NCBI GenBank assembly: GCA_016934535.1
Contig: JAFGSQ010000062.1
Coordinates: 1-36,946 of the forward strand
Direction: 5' to 3'
DNA: 36,946 nucleotides
From: a candidate division WOR-3 bacterium
GTDB lineage: Bacteria > SDB-A
Shown here: one piece after another, positions 1 to 8,154 of the stretch
Layout: every line of letters starts with the position of its first letter
Position numbering within the stretch: the first letter of the stretch is position 1
The notes under the pieces: generated by a model
What the model was told of the DNA's origin: nothing
The model's input: only the letters and a program-made list of their open reading frames with translations
The model's database searches: none
Translations under genes and position numbers: made by a program

Positions 1-88
1 AAAGTCCTTCTCCCTGAGATTGCTGTATCAATATTATTATTATAAGCACAATAGAAACTATTATGTGCAGTGATATAATTACACCCAT
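1..88 (-). CDS. secG: Preprotein translocase subunit SecG (5' part; runs off the window edge)
   Basis: Not in the ORF track. Manual translation from ATG at 88 gives MGVIISLHIIVSIVLIIIILIQQSQGEGL, a TM helix followed by the SecG-type LIQxxxGxGL motif. GGAG lies upstream, and tpiA-secG is a common gene order. Confidence 0.85.
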   Translation of the reverse strand, partial: MGVIISLHIIVSIVLIIIILIQQSQGEGL

Positions 89-93
89 AAAAA

Positions 94-846
94 TTATTCT
101 CCTTTTTTACTCAATTGGATAAGTTTTCTGAAATCTGTAGGTATTAAGCTTACACCACCGACAAGTGCGCCGTCAATATCCGGTTTTTCGTTGAGTTCAC
201 CCCAATTTGACGGTTTGACGCTCCCTCCGTAAAGTATTCTGAAAGAGGCTCCATTGAATCTGCCTCTCAAATAATTTCTAATGAAAAAGTGCACTTCCTG
301 TGCGATTTCTCCGGTGGCAACTTTCCCTGTTCCTATCGCCCACACCGGTTCATACGCTATATCTATATTTTTTAATGCGTCCGTAGCAACAGAAGCGAGA
401 GATTCGTCGAGCTGTTTTTCGACTGTTGCAGTCGTTTCGCCCTTATCTCTCTCACTTTCTGTTTCGCCGACACAGAGAATAACTTTCAGACCTTCTTCAG
501 CGGCTGCGGCGATTTTTTTCGATATTTCCGGGCTTTTCTCTCCGAAAATAGTCCTTCTCTCGGAGTGTCCGAGTATAACAAAATCACAACCGATATCTTT
601 CAAAAACCGTGGTGAAACCTCTCCCGTGAAAGCTCCGCTTTCTTTCCAGTAGCAATTTTGAGCTCCAACCAGGACGCCTGAATCCCCGGCAATTTTAACT
701 GCAGTTTCAAGATATACGAAAGGAGGGGAAATGCCCACGTCTACAGATTTAAATTCAACGGCAGCATCCATCGCGGATTTAACCCACAATGCGGTTTCCT
801 CAGAACTCCCGTTCATTTTCCAGTTTCCGCAGATGAATTTTTTCAC
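94..846 (-). CDS. tpiA: Triosephosphate isomerase
   Basis: Motifs GNWKMN, GHSERR, AYEPVWAIGTG and YGGSVK; part of a gap-pgk-tpi cluster. Confidence 0.98.
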   Translation of the reverse strand: MKKFICGNWKMNGSSEETALWVKSAMDAAVEFKSVDVGISPPFVYLETAVKIAGDSGVLVGAQNCYWKESGAFTGEVSPRFLKDIGCDFVILGHSERRTIFGEKSPEISKKIAAAAEEGLKVILCVGETESERDKGETTATVEKQLDESLASVATDALKNIDIAYEPVWAIGTGKVATGEIAQEVHFFIRNYLRGRFNGASFRILYGGSVKPSNWGELNEKPDIDGALVGGVSLIPTDFRKLIQLSKKGE

Positions 847-2066
847 TGTTTTCTTCTCGTCAGCGCTTCGAGCGCTGGCATAGGAAGTCCCGCCATAAAT
901 TCCAGAGAAGCTCCTCCTCCTGTGGAAATATGTGAATACTTGCTTTCCATACCGAAACTTTTAACTGCCGATGCTGTGTCTCCGCCTCCGATTACCGAAA
1001 GGGCTCCGTTTTGTGTGGCTTTAGCTACGGCTACGGCAATTTCATTGGTTCCGGCTGAAAATTCACCGATTTCAAATATGCCCATTGGCCCGTTCCAAAT
1101 AATTGTTTTCGCGCTTTCTATGGCTCGGGAGAATATTTTTCCGGTTAAAGGACCTATGTCCACTCCTATTTTATTATCAGGTATTTCGTTGTTGTCGCAT
1201 ATCTCGGTAGAAACACCTTCTTTTATCTCATCAACTATAACGCTGTCCACAGGCAATACAAAATTTACCTGAGCCTCTTTTCCTATTTTTTTCACTATTT
1301 CTTTTGCGGTTTCAATTGCGTTTTCATCCAATATGGATTTACCTATCCCGCGGCCTTTTGATTTCAAAAAAGTGTAGACCATTCCGCCGCCTATTAGAAT
1401 AGTGTCGGCGAAATTGGCAAAATTCTCAATCAGTTCTATTTTACCCGTAATTTTCGCCCCACCGATAATTGCCACGACAGGTCTTTCAAAGTATTTCATG
1501 GCTCTGGTGAGATATTCGACCTCGCGTTTCATCAGGCAACCTGCTACGGCGTAGCTTTTTTCCCTGAACAAAACGGCCGTTCCCTGTGTAGAGGAATGCG
1601 CCCGGTGGGCAGTTCCAAAAGCGTCGTTAACGTAAACATCTGCCAAATCGGCAAGTTTCTCTGAAAATCCCGGGTCGTTTTTCTCCTCTTCTTCGTGAAA
1701 TCTCAGATTTTCAAGCACTATCATTTTTCCGGGAGAGAGTTTCTCCACCTCTTCAATAACTATCTTTCCAACGCATTCTGAGACAAAACCGACTTGTTCT
1801 CCCAGCAATTCCGAAAATCTCGCGGCTACAGGCTTCAAGGAGAACTCCGCGACAGTTTTTCCCTTAGGCCTGCCCAGATGACTGCAAGCGATGACAGCGC
1901 ATCGCGATCCGAGAAGTTTTTTCACAGTTTCGAGAGATTCGATGATTCTAGTGTCGTCGCTTATTGCGCCTGTTTTTTTGTCTAAGGGGACGTTGAAGTC
2001 CCCTCTCAACAAAACCTTTTTTCCGGAAAAATCGACGTCATCCAAAGTGAGAAATTCAAGTTTCAT
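843..2066 (-). CDS. pgk: Phosphoglycerate kinase
   Basis: Motifs DFNVP, SHLGRP, LENLRF, NDAFGTAHRAHSS, GGGDT and HISTGGGASLE. Confidence 0.98.
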   Translation of the reverse strand: MKLEFLTLDDVDFSGKKVLLRGDFNVPLDKKTGAISDDTRIIESLETVKKLLGSRCAVIACSHLGRPKGKTVAEFSLKPVAARFSELLGEQVGFVSECVGKIVIEEVEKLSPGKMIVLENLRFHEEEEKNDPGFSEKLADLADVYVNDAFGTAHRAHSSTQGTAVLFREKSYAVAGCLMKREVEYLTRAMKYFERPVVAIIGGAKITGKIELIENFANFADTILIGGGMVYTFLKSKGRGIGKSILDENAIETAKEIVKKIGKEAQVNFVLPVDSVIVDEIKEGVSTEICDNNEIPDNKIGVDIGPLTGKIFSRAIESAKTIIWNGPMGIFEIGEFSAGTNEIAVAVAKATQNGALSVIGGGDTASAVKSFGMESKYSHISTGGGASLEFMAGLPMPALEALTRRKQ

Positions 2067-2071
2067 TTGCG

Positions 2072-3076
2072 TTACATTTTACCGGATATCATTTTTATCA
2101 GATGGATGACTGTGTTCGAGTAACCCAATTCGTTGTCGTACCAGGACAGAACTTTTACCAAATCCCCCAAAACCATTGTAGAAAGCAGATCCACTGTGCT
2201 CGATGCTTCGTTCCCTATGTAATCGCAAGAAACCAGGGGTTCATCGGACACCTGGAGATAAGGTTTCATGGCGCCTTCCGCGGCTTTTATCAGAGCATCG
2301 TTTACATCTTCCTTTTTCACAGTTTTTTTCAGGCGCACGACAAGATCGACGAGAGAAGCGTCCGGAGTAGGCACACGGATAGCTATTCCGTTTAATTTTC
2401 CTTCGAGATCCGGTATTACAAGTCCTAACGCCTTTGCGGCTCCGGTTGATGTCGGGATCATTGACAATGCAGCGCTTCTCGCCCTTCTCAGATCTTTATG
2501 AGGAAGATCGAGTATTTTCTGATCGTTGGTATAGGAATGGATAGTTGTCATCAATCCGCTCTCTATACCGAAATTATCGTGAAGGACTTTTGCGACCGGA
2601 GCGAGGCAATTTGTCGTACACGAGGCGTTTGATATCACGTGATGTTTTGAATTGTCGTAACCCAGATGATTGACTCCCATAACAATTGTCGCGTCAACCT
2701 CTCCCTTGGCAGGAGCTGAAATTATAACTTTCTTCGCACCGGCATCCAGATGCATGGCCGCTTTGTCTCTCGAAGTGAAGATTCCGGTCGATTCTATCAC
2801 AATATCTATACCGAGATCTTTCCAAGGCAGTTTCGAAGGATCTTTTTCAGACAGAACTTTCACGGATTTTCCGTTAACTTTTATTTCGTTGTCAAAAGCT
2901 TCAATTTTTCCCTGAAAAATTTTGTGAACGCTGTCGTATTTAAGAAGATGAGCCAATGTTTTCGGGTCCGTTATGTCGTTTATGGCGACAAAATCAATTC
3001 CGTCCTGAAAAATCCCTTTTCTCAGGACCAGCCTGCCTATCCTTCCAAAACCATTGACAGCAACTTTTACTGGCAT
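2072..3076 (-). CDS. gap: Type I glyceraldehyde-3-phosphate dehydrogenase
   Basis: Motifs NGFGRIGR, catalytic [12 protein letters not shown], and SWYDNE. Confidence 0.98.
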   Translation of the reverse strand: MPVKVAVNGFGRIGRLVLRKGIFQDGIDFVAINDITDPKTLAHLLKYDSVHKIFQGKIEAFDNEIKVNGKSVKVLSEKDPSKLPWKDLGIDIVIESTGIFTSRDKAAMHLDAGAKKVIISAPAKGEVDATIVMGVNHLGYDNSKHHVISNASCTTNCLAPVAKVLHDNFGIESGLMTTIHSYTNDQKILDLPHKDLRRARSAALSMIPTSTGAAKALGLVIPDLEGKLNGIAIRVPTPDASLVDLVVRLKKTVKKEDVNDALIKAAEGAMKPYLQVSDEPLVSCDYIGNEASSTVDLLSTMVLGDLVKVLSWYDNELGYSNTVIHLIKMISGKM

Positions 3077-3088
3077 GATTGAATTCCC

Positions 3089-3361
3089 TTATTCAGCTGA
3101 TTTCTGATGTTTTACATGAAGCTTGGCTATTTTTTCATCCACTATTTTCGCAACATCCTCTTTAAAATTCTCAAATTTATCCTTGGCATCGCCGTATAAA
3201 TCCACTCCTTTAGTAGACAGATCAGTCGCCATTCCTTTTATCCTTCCTCTTGTCTCCGATCCGCTGTATGGTGCGAACAACAATGCGACACCGGCTCCCA
3301 CGAAAGCTCCGGCCAGAAAACCGATCATAATCTCTCCGAAGCAATTTGAATCCCTTGACAT
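3089..3361 (-). CDS. YtxH-domain protein
   Basis: GFLAGAFVGAGVALLFAPxSGxETR signature followed by an amphipathic helix; AGGAGG RBS. Confidence 0.85.
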   Translation of the reverse strand: MSRDSNCFGEIMIGFLAGAFVGAGVALLFAPYSGSETRGRIKGMATDLSTKGVDLYGDAKDKFENFKEDVAKIVDEKIAKLHVKHQKSAE

Positions 3362-3363
3362 TA

Positions 3364-3798
3364 TTACCTCCTTCTTTTACGTCTGTTTTTTAAAAATCCA
3401 TAAAACTTCTTGATTGCGCTCACCGTTTTGTAAGCCACTACGGCTGCTCCTATGACATTCCTGATTTTCCCGACTTGAGGAAGCAGGTTAAAAGCAGTGT
3501 ATCCGGCAATTGATTGCTGATGCCCCTTGACCAAAGATCTTGAAACTGTGTCGCTTATGCCGTGAACGATAACTTTGGCTTCATTGGACAAGCTTTTCAG
3601 TTCGTCTATCGTTCCTTCAATCTCTCTTATTATTTTAGGAAGTTCTATGTTCGCTATGTAAACAGTCTTTCTGGCTTCCTCCAGTATATTTTCAGTTTTC
3701 CTTATGAGGAAAAAGAGCCTTAAAATAACTATTGTCAGCGCTAGCGAGATAAGAGTTATGTCAATCGCTATAAACCATTTAAATGTATCCATAGACAT
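3364..3798 (-). CDS. DUF948/YoxC-like membrane-anchored coiled-coil protein (true start may be the ATG at 3792)
   Basis: N-terminal TM helix followed by a heptad-rich helix; adjacent to YtxH, a common pairing. Confidence 0.6.
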   Translation of the reverse strand: MSMDTFKWFIAIDITLISLALTIVILRLFFLIRKTENILEEARKTVYIANIELPKIIREIEGTIDELKSLSNEAKVIVHGISDTVSRSLVKGHQQSIAGYTAFNLLPQVGKIRNVIGAAVVAYKTVSAIKKFYGFLKNRRKRRR

Positions 3799-3799
3799 A

Positions 3800-3828
3800 A
3801 AGTTATATTAAAAAGAAATTTATGTCAA
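3800..3828 (-). promoter_or_regulatory. Sigma70-type promoter, probably giving a leaderless mRNA for the DUF948-ytxH-gap operon
   Basis: TTGACA (3828-3823), 17-nt spacer, TAACTT (3805-3800). An in-frame ATG at 3792 follows 7 nt later, with no SD. Confidence 0.55.
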
Positions 3829-3905
3829 TGAAATTGCTTATACCGGTGTATTTGCAGGGTTAAAAGGCGAGGAGTTCAATCATTGCGTATTTTATCAGAT
3901 GCAGT

Positions 3906-4166
3906 TCAGAAACGGATCTCAAATGAGCGGCAGTTTTCGTCGGGAGTATCGGTGACCAACACTTCTTCAACTTCTCCCGGAGAATTTCTTTTGACGATCT
4001 CTATAAATTCTCCCGTATCTGTGCCTTTTAAATCAACTGTTATCTCAACAGAACCGTCGGACAGATTTCTGACCCAGCCGCAGTAATTCATGCGCCTGCA
4101 ATACCTGGATACAAAGTAGCGGAAACCCACTCCCTGCACGGTGCCGGAGACAATAATTTTTTTCAC
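3906..4166 (-). CDS. acyP: Acylphosphatase
   Basis: Signatures VSGTVQGVGFR and GWVRNLSDGSVE; GTG start. Confidence 0.95.
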   Translation of the reverse strand: MKKIIVSGTVQGVGFRYFVSRYCRRMNYCGWVRNLSDGSVEITVDLKGTDTGEFIEIVKRNSPGEVEEVLVTDTPDENCRSFEIRF

Positions 4167-4172
4167 GCGCTA

Positions 4173-4201
4173 ATTATACATACAAGGCAAAACATTTTCA
4201 A
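4173..4201 (-). promoter_or_regulatory. Sigma70-type promoter for leaderless acyP
   Basis: TTGAAA (4201-4196), 17 nt, TATAAT (4178-4173), 6 nt, GTG start; no SD. Confidence 0.7.
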
Positions 4202-5721
4202 CTCTCCGAAAATTCGATTTTTTTCCTCATGCTCGAAGGCAGTATGTTCAATACGGCTCTGTATTTTGCAACTGTCCTTCTTGCGATTTTGAAACCGCGG
4301 GATTTCAATATCTCGGCCAATTTGTCATCCGTGAAAGGCGAGGAGGGTTTTTCAGATTCAACTAATGTCTTGATGATTCCCCGAACTTCAGCGGATGATG
4401 AATTTGTCTGAGAATCCGTTTTGACAGGACCGGTAAAAAAATGTTTTAATGCAAAAATTCCGTCACCAGTCTCTATATATTTATTCTGGACTATTCTTGA
4501 AATAGTCGAGGGGTGAAGTCCGGTTTCTTCGGCGATTTCCTTTTCAGAGAGAGGTTTTAAAGGACCTGTACCCTTAAGAAAATCAAACTGGCGGCTGACT
4601 ATCGCTCTGGCAACTTTTTCTATGGAGTTTTCTCTGTCTTTGATGTATTTAGGCAATCTGCTCAAAAAAAGGGCTTCGTTGTATTTTCTCTCGAAATCTA
4701 CGAGATCGCTTTCTTTTCTCTTTTTCGCCAGTATTTCTTCCGTCATCTTTCTGACAACATCTGCGTGCTGGGATCTCGATATAGTCAACCTGACGAACGG
4801 AATTTCAACGTTGCTCCAAAGCGCCGACAGAACAAGTTCTCCCCGCTCTTCTTTGAGAATAAAATCCGGTGTTATGTGCTGGACATTTGTTTGCCATCTT
4901 CCTGAAGCCGGTCTCGGGTTGAGTTTTTTTATCCTTTTCGAGGCTTCGATGACTTCTTGCAACCCCGTTTTAAAAAGCCTCGCTATTGATTTATAGTCGC
5001 TGTTTTTCAGAAAATCGAGCCCTCCCTCGCTGACAATTCTGAAAGCGAGAGTGCCTGCTTCCCCTGATCTTTCAAGTTGTATCGCCAGGCTTTCTTCCAG
5101 ACAGGAAGCGCCAATTCCCGGCGGATCAAGCTTTTTTACGAAGGACAACGCCTTTTTCAGTTTCTCAAGTGACTCTCCGGCGATTATAGAAAGGTCGGCA
5201 AGATTGATTGTCAAATAACCGTTTTCTCCAATAGAATCTATTATAAGTTCACCGGCAGTGTAAAGCGACTCATCGTCGCAATTTACATGATACTGAAGTT
5301 TTAGATTATCTTTAAGACTTCTCGGACTGGACAGATAAGAAAACGGTGAAAATTCGTCCTGGTTTCTGTCCCATTGTGTTTTTACACAATCGTTGAAAAC
5401 TTCCTCCAAATCTATATCGCTGTTTTTCTCGTAATTTTCTATGGAGGCTTCGGTTTTTTCCTCCGTTTCTTCTTTTTCTAATTCATCTTCGTCTTTTGTA
5501 TCGTCTCCATCGTTTTCAGTAGGGCTTTCTTCGATTTCACACAATGGGTTTTGTTCTGCTTTAGCCGTCACTTCCTGTATCAAGTCAAGGTTTGTAAGAG
5601 GGAGAAGCTCTATGAAAAGCTTTTGATGCAGAGTAAGTTTTAACTCGGGTCTGACCAATAATTTTGCTGAAAGAGAAGTATTTAGCCCCGAAGGGGGAAA
5701 GTTTCGGCTTTTTCCCGGCAT
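4198..5721 (-). CDS. rpoN: RNA polymerase sigma-54 factor (probable start ATG 5721, just after the lptB stop)
   Basis: RpoN box ARRTVAKYR, HTH LHPSTISR and core-binding LDPPGIGA; lptB-rpoN synteny. Confidence 0.95.
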   Translation of the reverse strand: MPGKSRNFPPSGLNTSLSAKLLVRPELKLTLHQKLFIELLPLTNLDLIQEVTAKAEQNPLCEIEESPTENDGDDTKDEDELEKEETEEKTEASIENYEKNSDIDLEEVFNDCVKTQWDRNQDEFSPFSYLSSPRSLKDNLKLQYHVNCDDESLYTAGELIIDSIGENGYLTINLADLSIIAGESLEKLKKALSFVKKLDPPGIGASCLEESLAIQLERSGEAGTLAFRIVSEGGLDFLKNSDYKSIARLFKTGLQEVIEASKRIKKLNPRPASGRWQTNVQHITPDFILKEERGELVLSALWSNVEIPFVRLTISRSQHADVVRKMTEEILAKKRKESDLVDFERKYNEALFLSRLPKYIKDRENSIEKVARAIVSRQFDFLKGTGPLKPLSEKEIAEETGLHPSTISRIVQNKYIETGDGIFALKHFFTGPVKTDSQTNSSSAEVRGIIKTLVESEKPSSPFTDDKLAEILKSRGFKIARRTVAKYRAVLNILPSSMRKKIEFSES

Positions 5722-5722
5722 T

Positions 5723-6451
5723 TCACATTCGGAAGTTGTCGCCGAGATAGACTTTTTTCGCCTGCTCGTCATTAATCAGAGTTTGAGCGTCTCCAGAGAG
5801 CAGTATCCTGCCTTCATACATAATATATGCTCTGTCCGTGATCTCCAGTGTCTCTCTGACATTGTGATCAGTTATAAGAACTCCTATCCCCTTATCTCTC
5901 AGTTTAAGGATAATTCTTTGGATGTCCGCTCTGACTATAGGATCTATTCCCGTAAAAGGTTCATCGAGGAGAAGAAATTTCGGCTGAATCACTAAAGCTC
6001 TGGCAATTTCCACCCTCCTCCTCTCACCGCCTGAGAGGGAATCCCCTCTGCTCTTTTCAATATGTTTTATGTCGAGTTCCTCCATTATGCCGGTAAGCCT
6101 GTCTTCTGTTTCTTTTTTGCCAATGCCTCTCAACTGCATTACAGAAACAATATTGTCTCTCACGGAAAGTCCTCTGAAAATAGATGCTTCCTGAGGAAGA
6201 TATGATATTCCTTTGCGAGCTCTTTGATACATTGGCGTTCTTGTTATTTTTTCTTCGTCGAGGAATATGTCCCCTGACAAAGGCTTGATTATGCCTACCA
6301 TCATGTAAAAAGTGGTCGTTTTGCCTGCTCCGTTGGGTCCGAGAAGACCTACAATTTCACCGGTCGAAACTTCCAGAGAAACGCTGTTGACAACTTTTCT
6401 GTTTCCGTATTTTTTTTCAAGACTTGTTGTAAAAAGCTTTTTAGGGTCCAT
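5723..6451 (-). CDS. lptB: LPS export ABC transporter ATP-binding protein
   Basis: GPNGAGKTT, YLPQEASIFR, LSGGERRRVEIAR, LLDEPFTGIDP, ITDHNVRETL and C-terminal VYLGDNF. Confidence 0.97.
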   Translation of the reverse strand: MDPKKLFTTSLEKKYGNRKVVNSVSLEVSTGEIVGLLGPNGAGKTTTFYMMVGIIKPLSGDIFLDEEKITRTPMYQRARKGISYLPQEASIFRGLSVRDNIVSVMQLRGIGKKETEDRLTGIMEELDIKHIEKSRGDSLSGGERRRVEIARALVIQPKFLLLDEPFTGIDPIVRADIQRIILKLRDKGIGVLITDHNVRETLEITDRAYIMYEGRILLSGDAQTLINDEQAKKVYLGDNFRM

Positions 6452-7409
6452 TTTCTTCCTTTTGTCCGGTTCTCTGGGAGCCGGTGACGTTTCCCAGGAC
6501 TTCGAGCATGCGGGGTTTATTCCTTAAAAAATCGAGAATTATCGTGTTCCCGTAAACTTGATTTACACTTTCATCCTCGGTGAAGGTTCCTCCAGCGTTT
6601 CTCCAGGATTCGAGGCGGGATATCTCTTTTCCGTCAAGCCACATGACTATCGAATCACCCCATATTTTTGAGTATTCGTTACTAATCCACGGCAATCTCC
6701 CGTAGACTATCACTTTTTCCTCGTCGGGAAAATAAATCAGCCTGTGACTTTCAGCCCTAACGGTTCCCCTCTCAACTGAAATATTACCCGTTACAGAGTA
6801 AAATCCGCTGTCAGCAAAATTTTCCATTGTATCGCCTCTGACCGAAAACGTATCGTTTTCAGATATAGACAGCATTTTGCAATCTCCTGTAAGTATTCCG
6901 TAGTCGGTTTCAAGAAAATAATTCCCGGTGTCTCCGAAAAGATAAGTGTTATTTTGGGGATCGAACATGGAGACATTTCCGGAAGCAGAGCTCATTTTTC
7001 TGTTTCTGTCATATTGAAGCTTGTTGGCTGAAATTTCCTGGTCCCGGCTCACGAGTTTGGCGCTTCCGATGGCTTCGGCTCTCCTTGAATCCCTGTAATA
7101 TATAACCGCCGATGAAGTTATTGTGACGTCCCCGTCTCTAACCGTAACTTTTCCAAGCACTTTAACTATACCTTTTTCCTGATCGGCGTACCCTGAATCT
7201 CCTGTTATAACTGCCGAACCATGAATTATTTCAACTCCGTTCATGAGTTGGACGATGTATCCGCTGCCGAGTATCTGAGTCGTCATCATGCCGGCGTTAA
7301 TTGAAAACGGTTCATCAGAAGACATCATACTTTCAGGATCTTCAATTGCCTGACCTGAAAGGCAAAAGAAAAAAACAAGCGCTGCGGCATGTGTGAATTT
7401 AAATATCAT
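6441..7409 (-). CDS. lptA: LptA/OstA-family periplasmic LPS transport protein, extended (322 aa)
   Basis: Signal peptide and repeated beta-jellyroll-type motifs (GDS/AxGNV); lies between lptC-like and lptB. Confidence 0.75.
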   Translation of the reverse strand: MIFKFTHAAALVFFFCLSGQAIEDPESMMSSDEPFSINAGMMTTQILGSGYIVQLMNGVEIIHGSAVITGDSGYADQEKGIVKVLGKVTVRDGDVTITSSAVIYYRDSRRAEAIGSAKLVSRDQEISANKLQYDRNRKMSSASGNVSMFDPQNNTYLFGDTGNYFLETDYGILTGDCKMLSISENDTFSVRGDTMENFADSGFYSVTGNISVERGTVRAESHRLIYFPDEEKVIVYGRLPWISNEYSKIWGDSIVMWLDGKEISRLESWRNAGGTFTEDESVNQVYGNTIILDFLRNKPRMLEVLGNVTGSQRTGQKEENGP

Positions 7410-8154
7410 CTGTTTTAATTTTACCCGACACTGCGTTGAAAACTCTAATATTTTTCATTTCCTGATCGCTTTCAAAACCAACCCCTTCGAGTATGTTGTT
7501 TCTTTCAACATATACTATTCTGCCGTCCGTCGTAAATGTTTTCCGTTCTTCGTTGTAATAAAGACTTTCGGTTGACAATGAGCCTCCTGATGCAAGCCTA
7601 ATAACAAGATTGCCTCTTGCTCTGAGGTCTTTGCTGAATAAAAAATACGAACCCGAATCCGCTGAAATCACGGCAATATCTTTTCCGGTTGAATCAGACA
7701 TCTGAAGATCGAGACAGAATATGTCTATTCTTCTCTGCCTGTTCCTCTGCCAGACACTGTCGGCTGAAATCCGCCATTTTCTGAATCCGTTTTCGAAGAT
7801 GTCAATCAGAAGGTCGCCCGACGCGAACATGTCCTGGGTTGTGACAACCTGCTTTCCTGAATCAGCGATAATCAGAGAACTTCGGAACCCGTTTTCGTCA
7901 AAAAAACTGAGTTCTATTCCGTATACATCATTCGTGTCAAGGATGCCCGAAATCAAACTGTCAGCCTCAAGAATCCACGAAGTTTTGCCGTTTTCCGTTG
8001 AAACCACTGTCATACCCTGTACGATACCGTTAACACCCGTTCTGCTCTTGGCTTCCGATATATTTTCTCTCGAACATGAAAGAACGGCATGAAGGATACA
8101 AAAGAAAACCAGCGCTGTTCTCTGAATATGCTTAAAACGGTCACTTGACGACAA
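7399..8154 (-). CDS. lptC: LptC-family protein, probable lipoprotein with an internal duplication
   Basis: Lipobox-like VLSC; LptC-like motifs ISADSG, ARGNLVI, LSTESLYY and GVGFESDQ; position in an lptCAB cluster. Confidence 0.8.
   Translation of the reverse strand: MSSSDRFKHIQRTALVFFCILHAVLSCSRENISEAKSRTGVNGIVQGMTVVSTENGKTSWILEADSLISGILDTNDVYGIELSFFDENGFRSSLIIADSGKQVVTTQDMFASGDLLIDIFENGFRKWRISADSVWQRNRQRRIDIFCLDLQMSDSTGKDIAVISADSGSYFLFSKDLRARGNLVIRLASGGSLSTESLYYNEERKTFTTDGRIVYVERNNILEGVGFESDQEMKNIRVFNAVSGKIKTDDI

Noticed and set aside
3883-4086. Antisense ORF with GAGGAG upstream of a TTG
   Set aside because: Overlaps the clearly real acyP on the opposite strand, has no protein-like features, and has no convincing promoter.
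5722-5772. Longer rpoN N-terminus from the ORF track
   Set aside because: It overlaps lptB by 50 nt; the ATG at 5721 directly after the lptB stop is more plausible.
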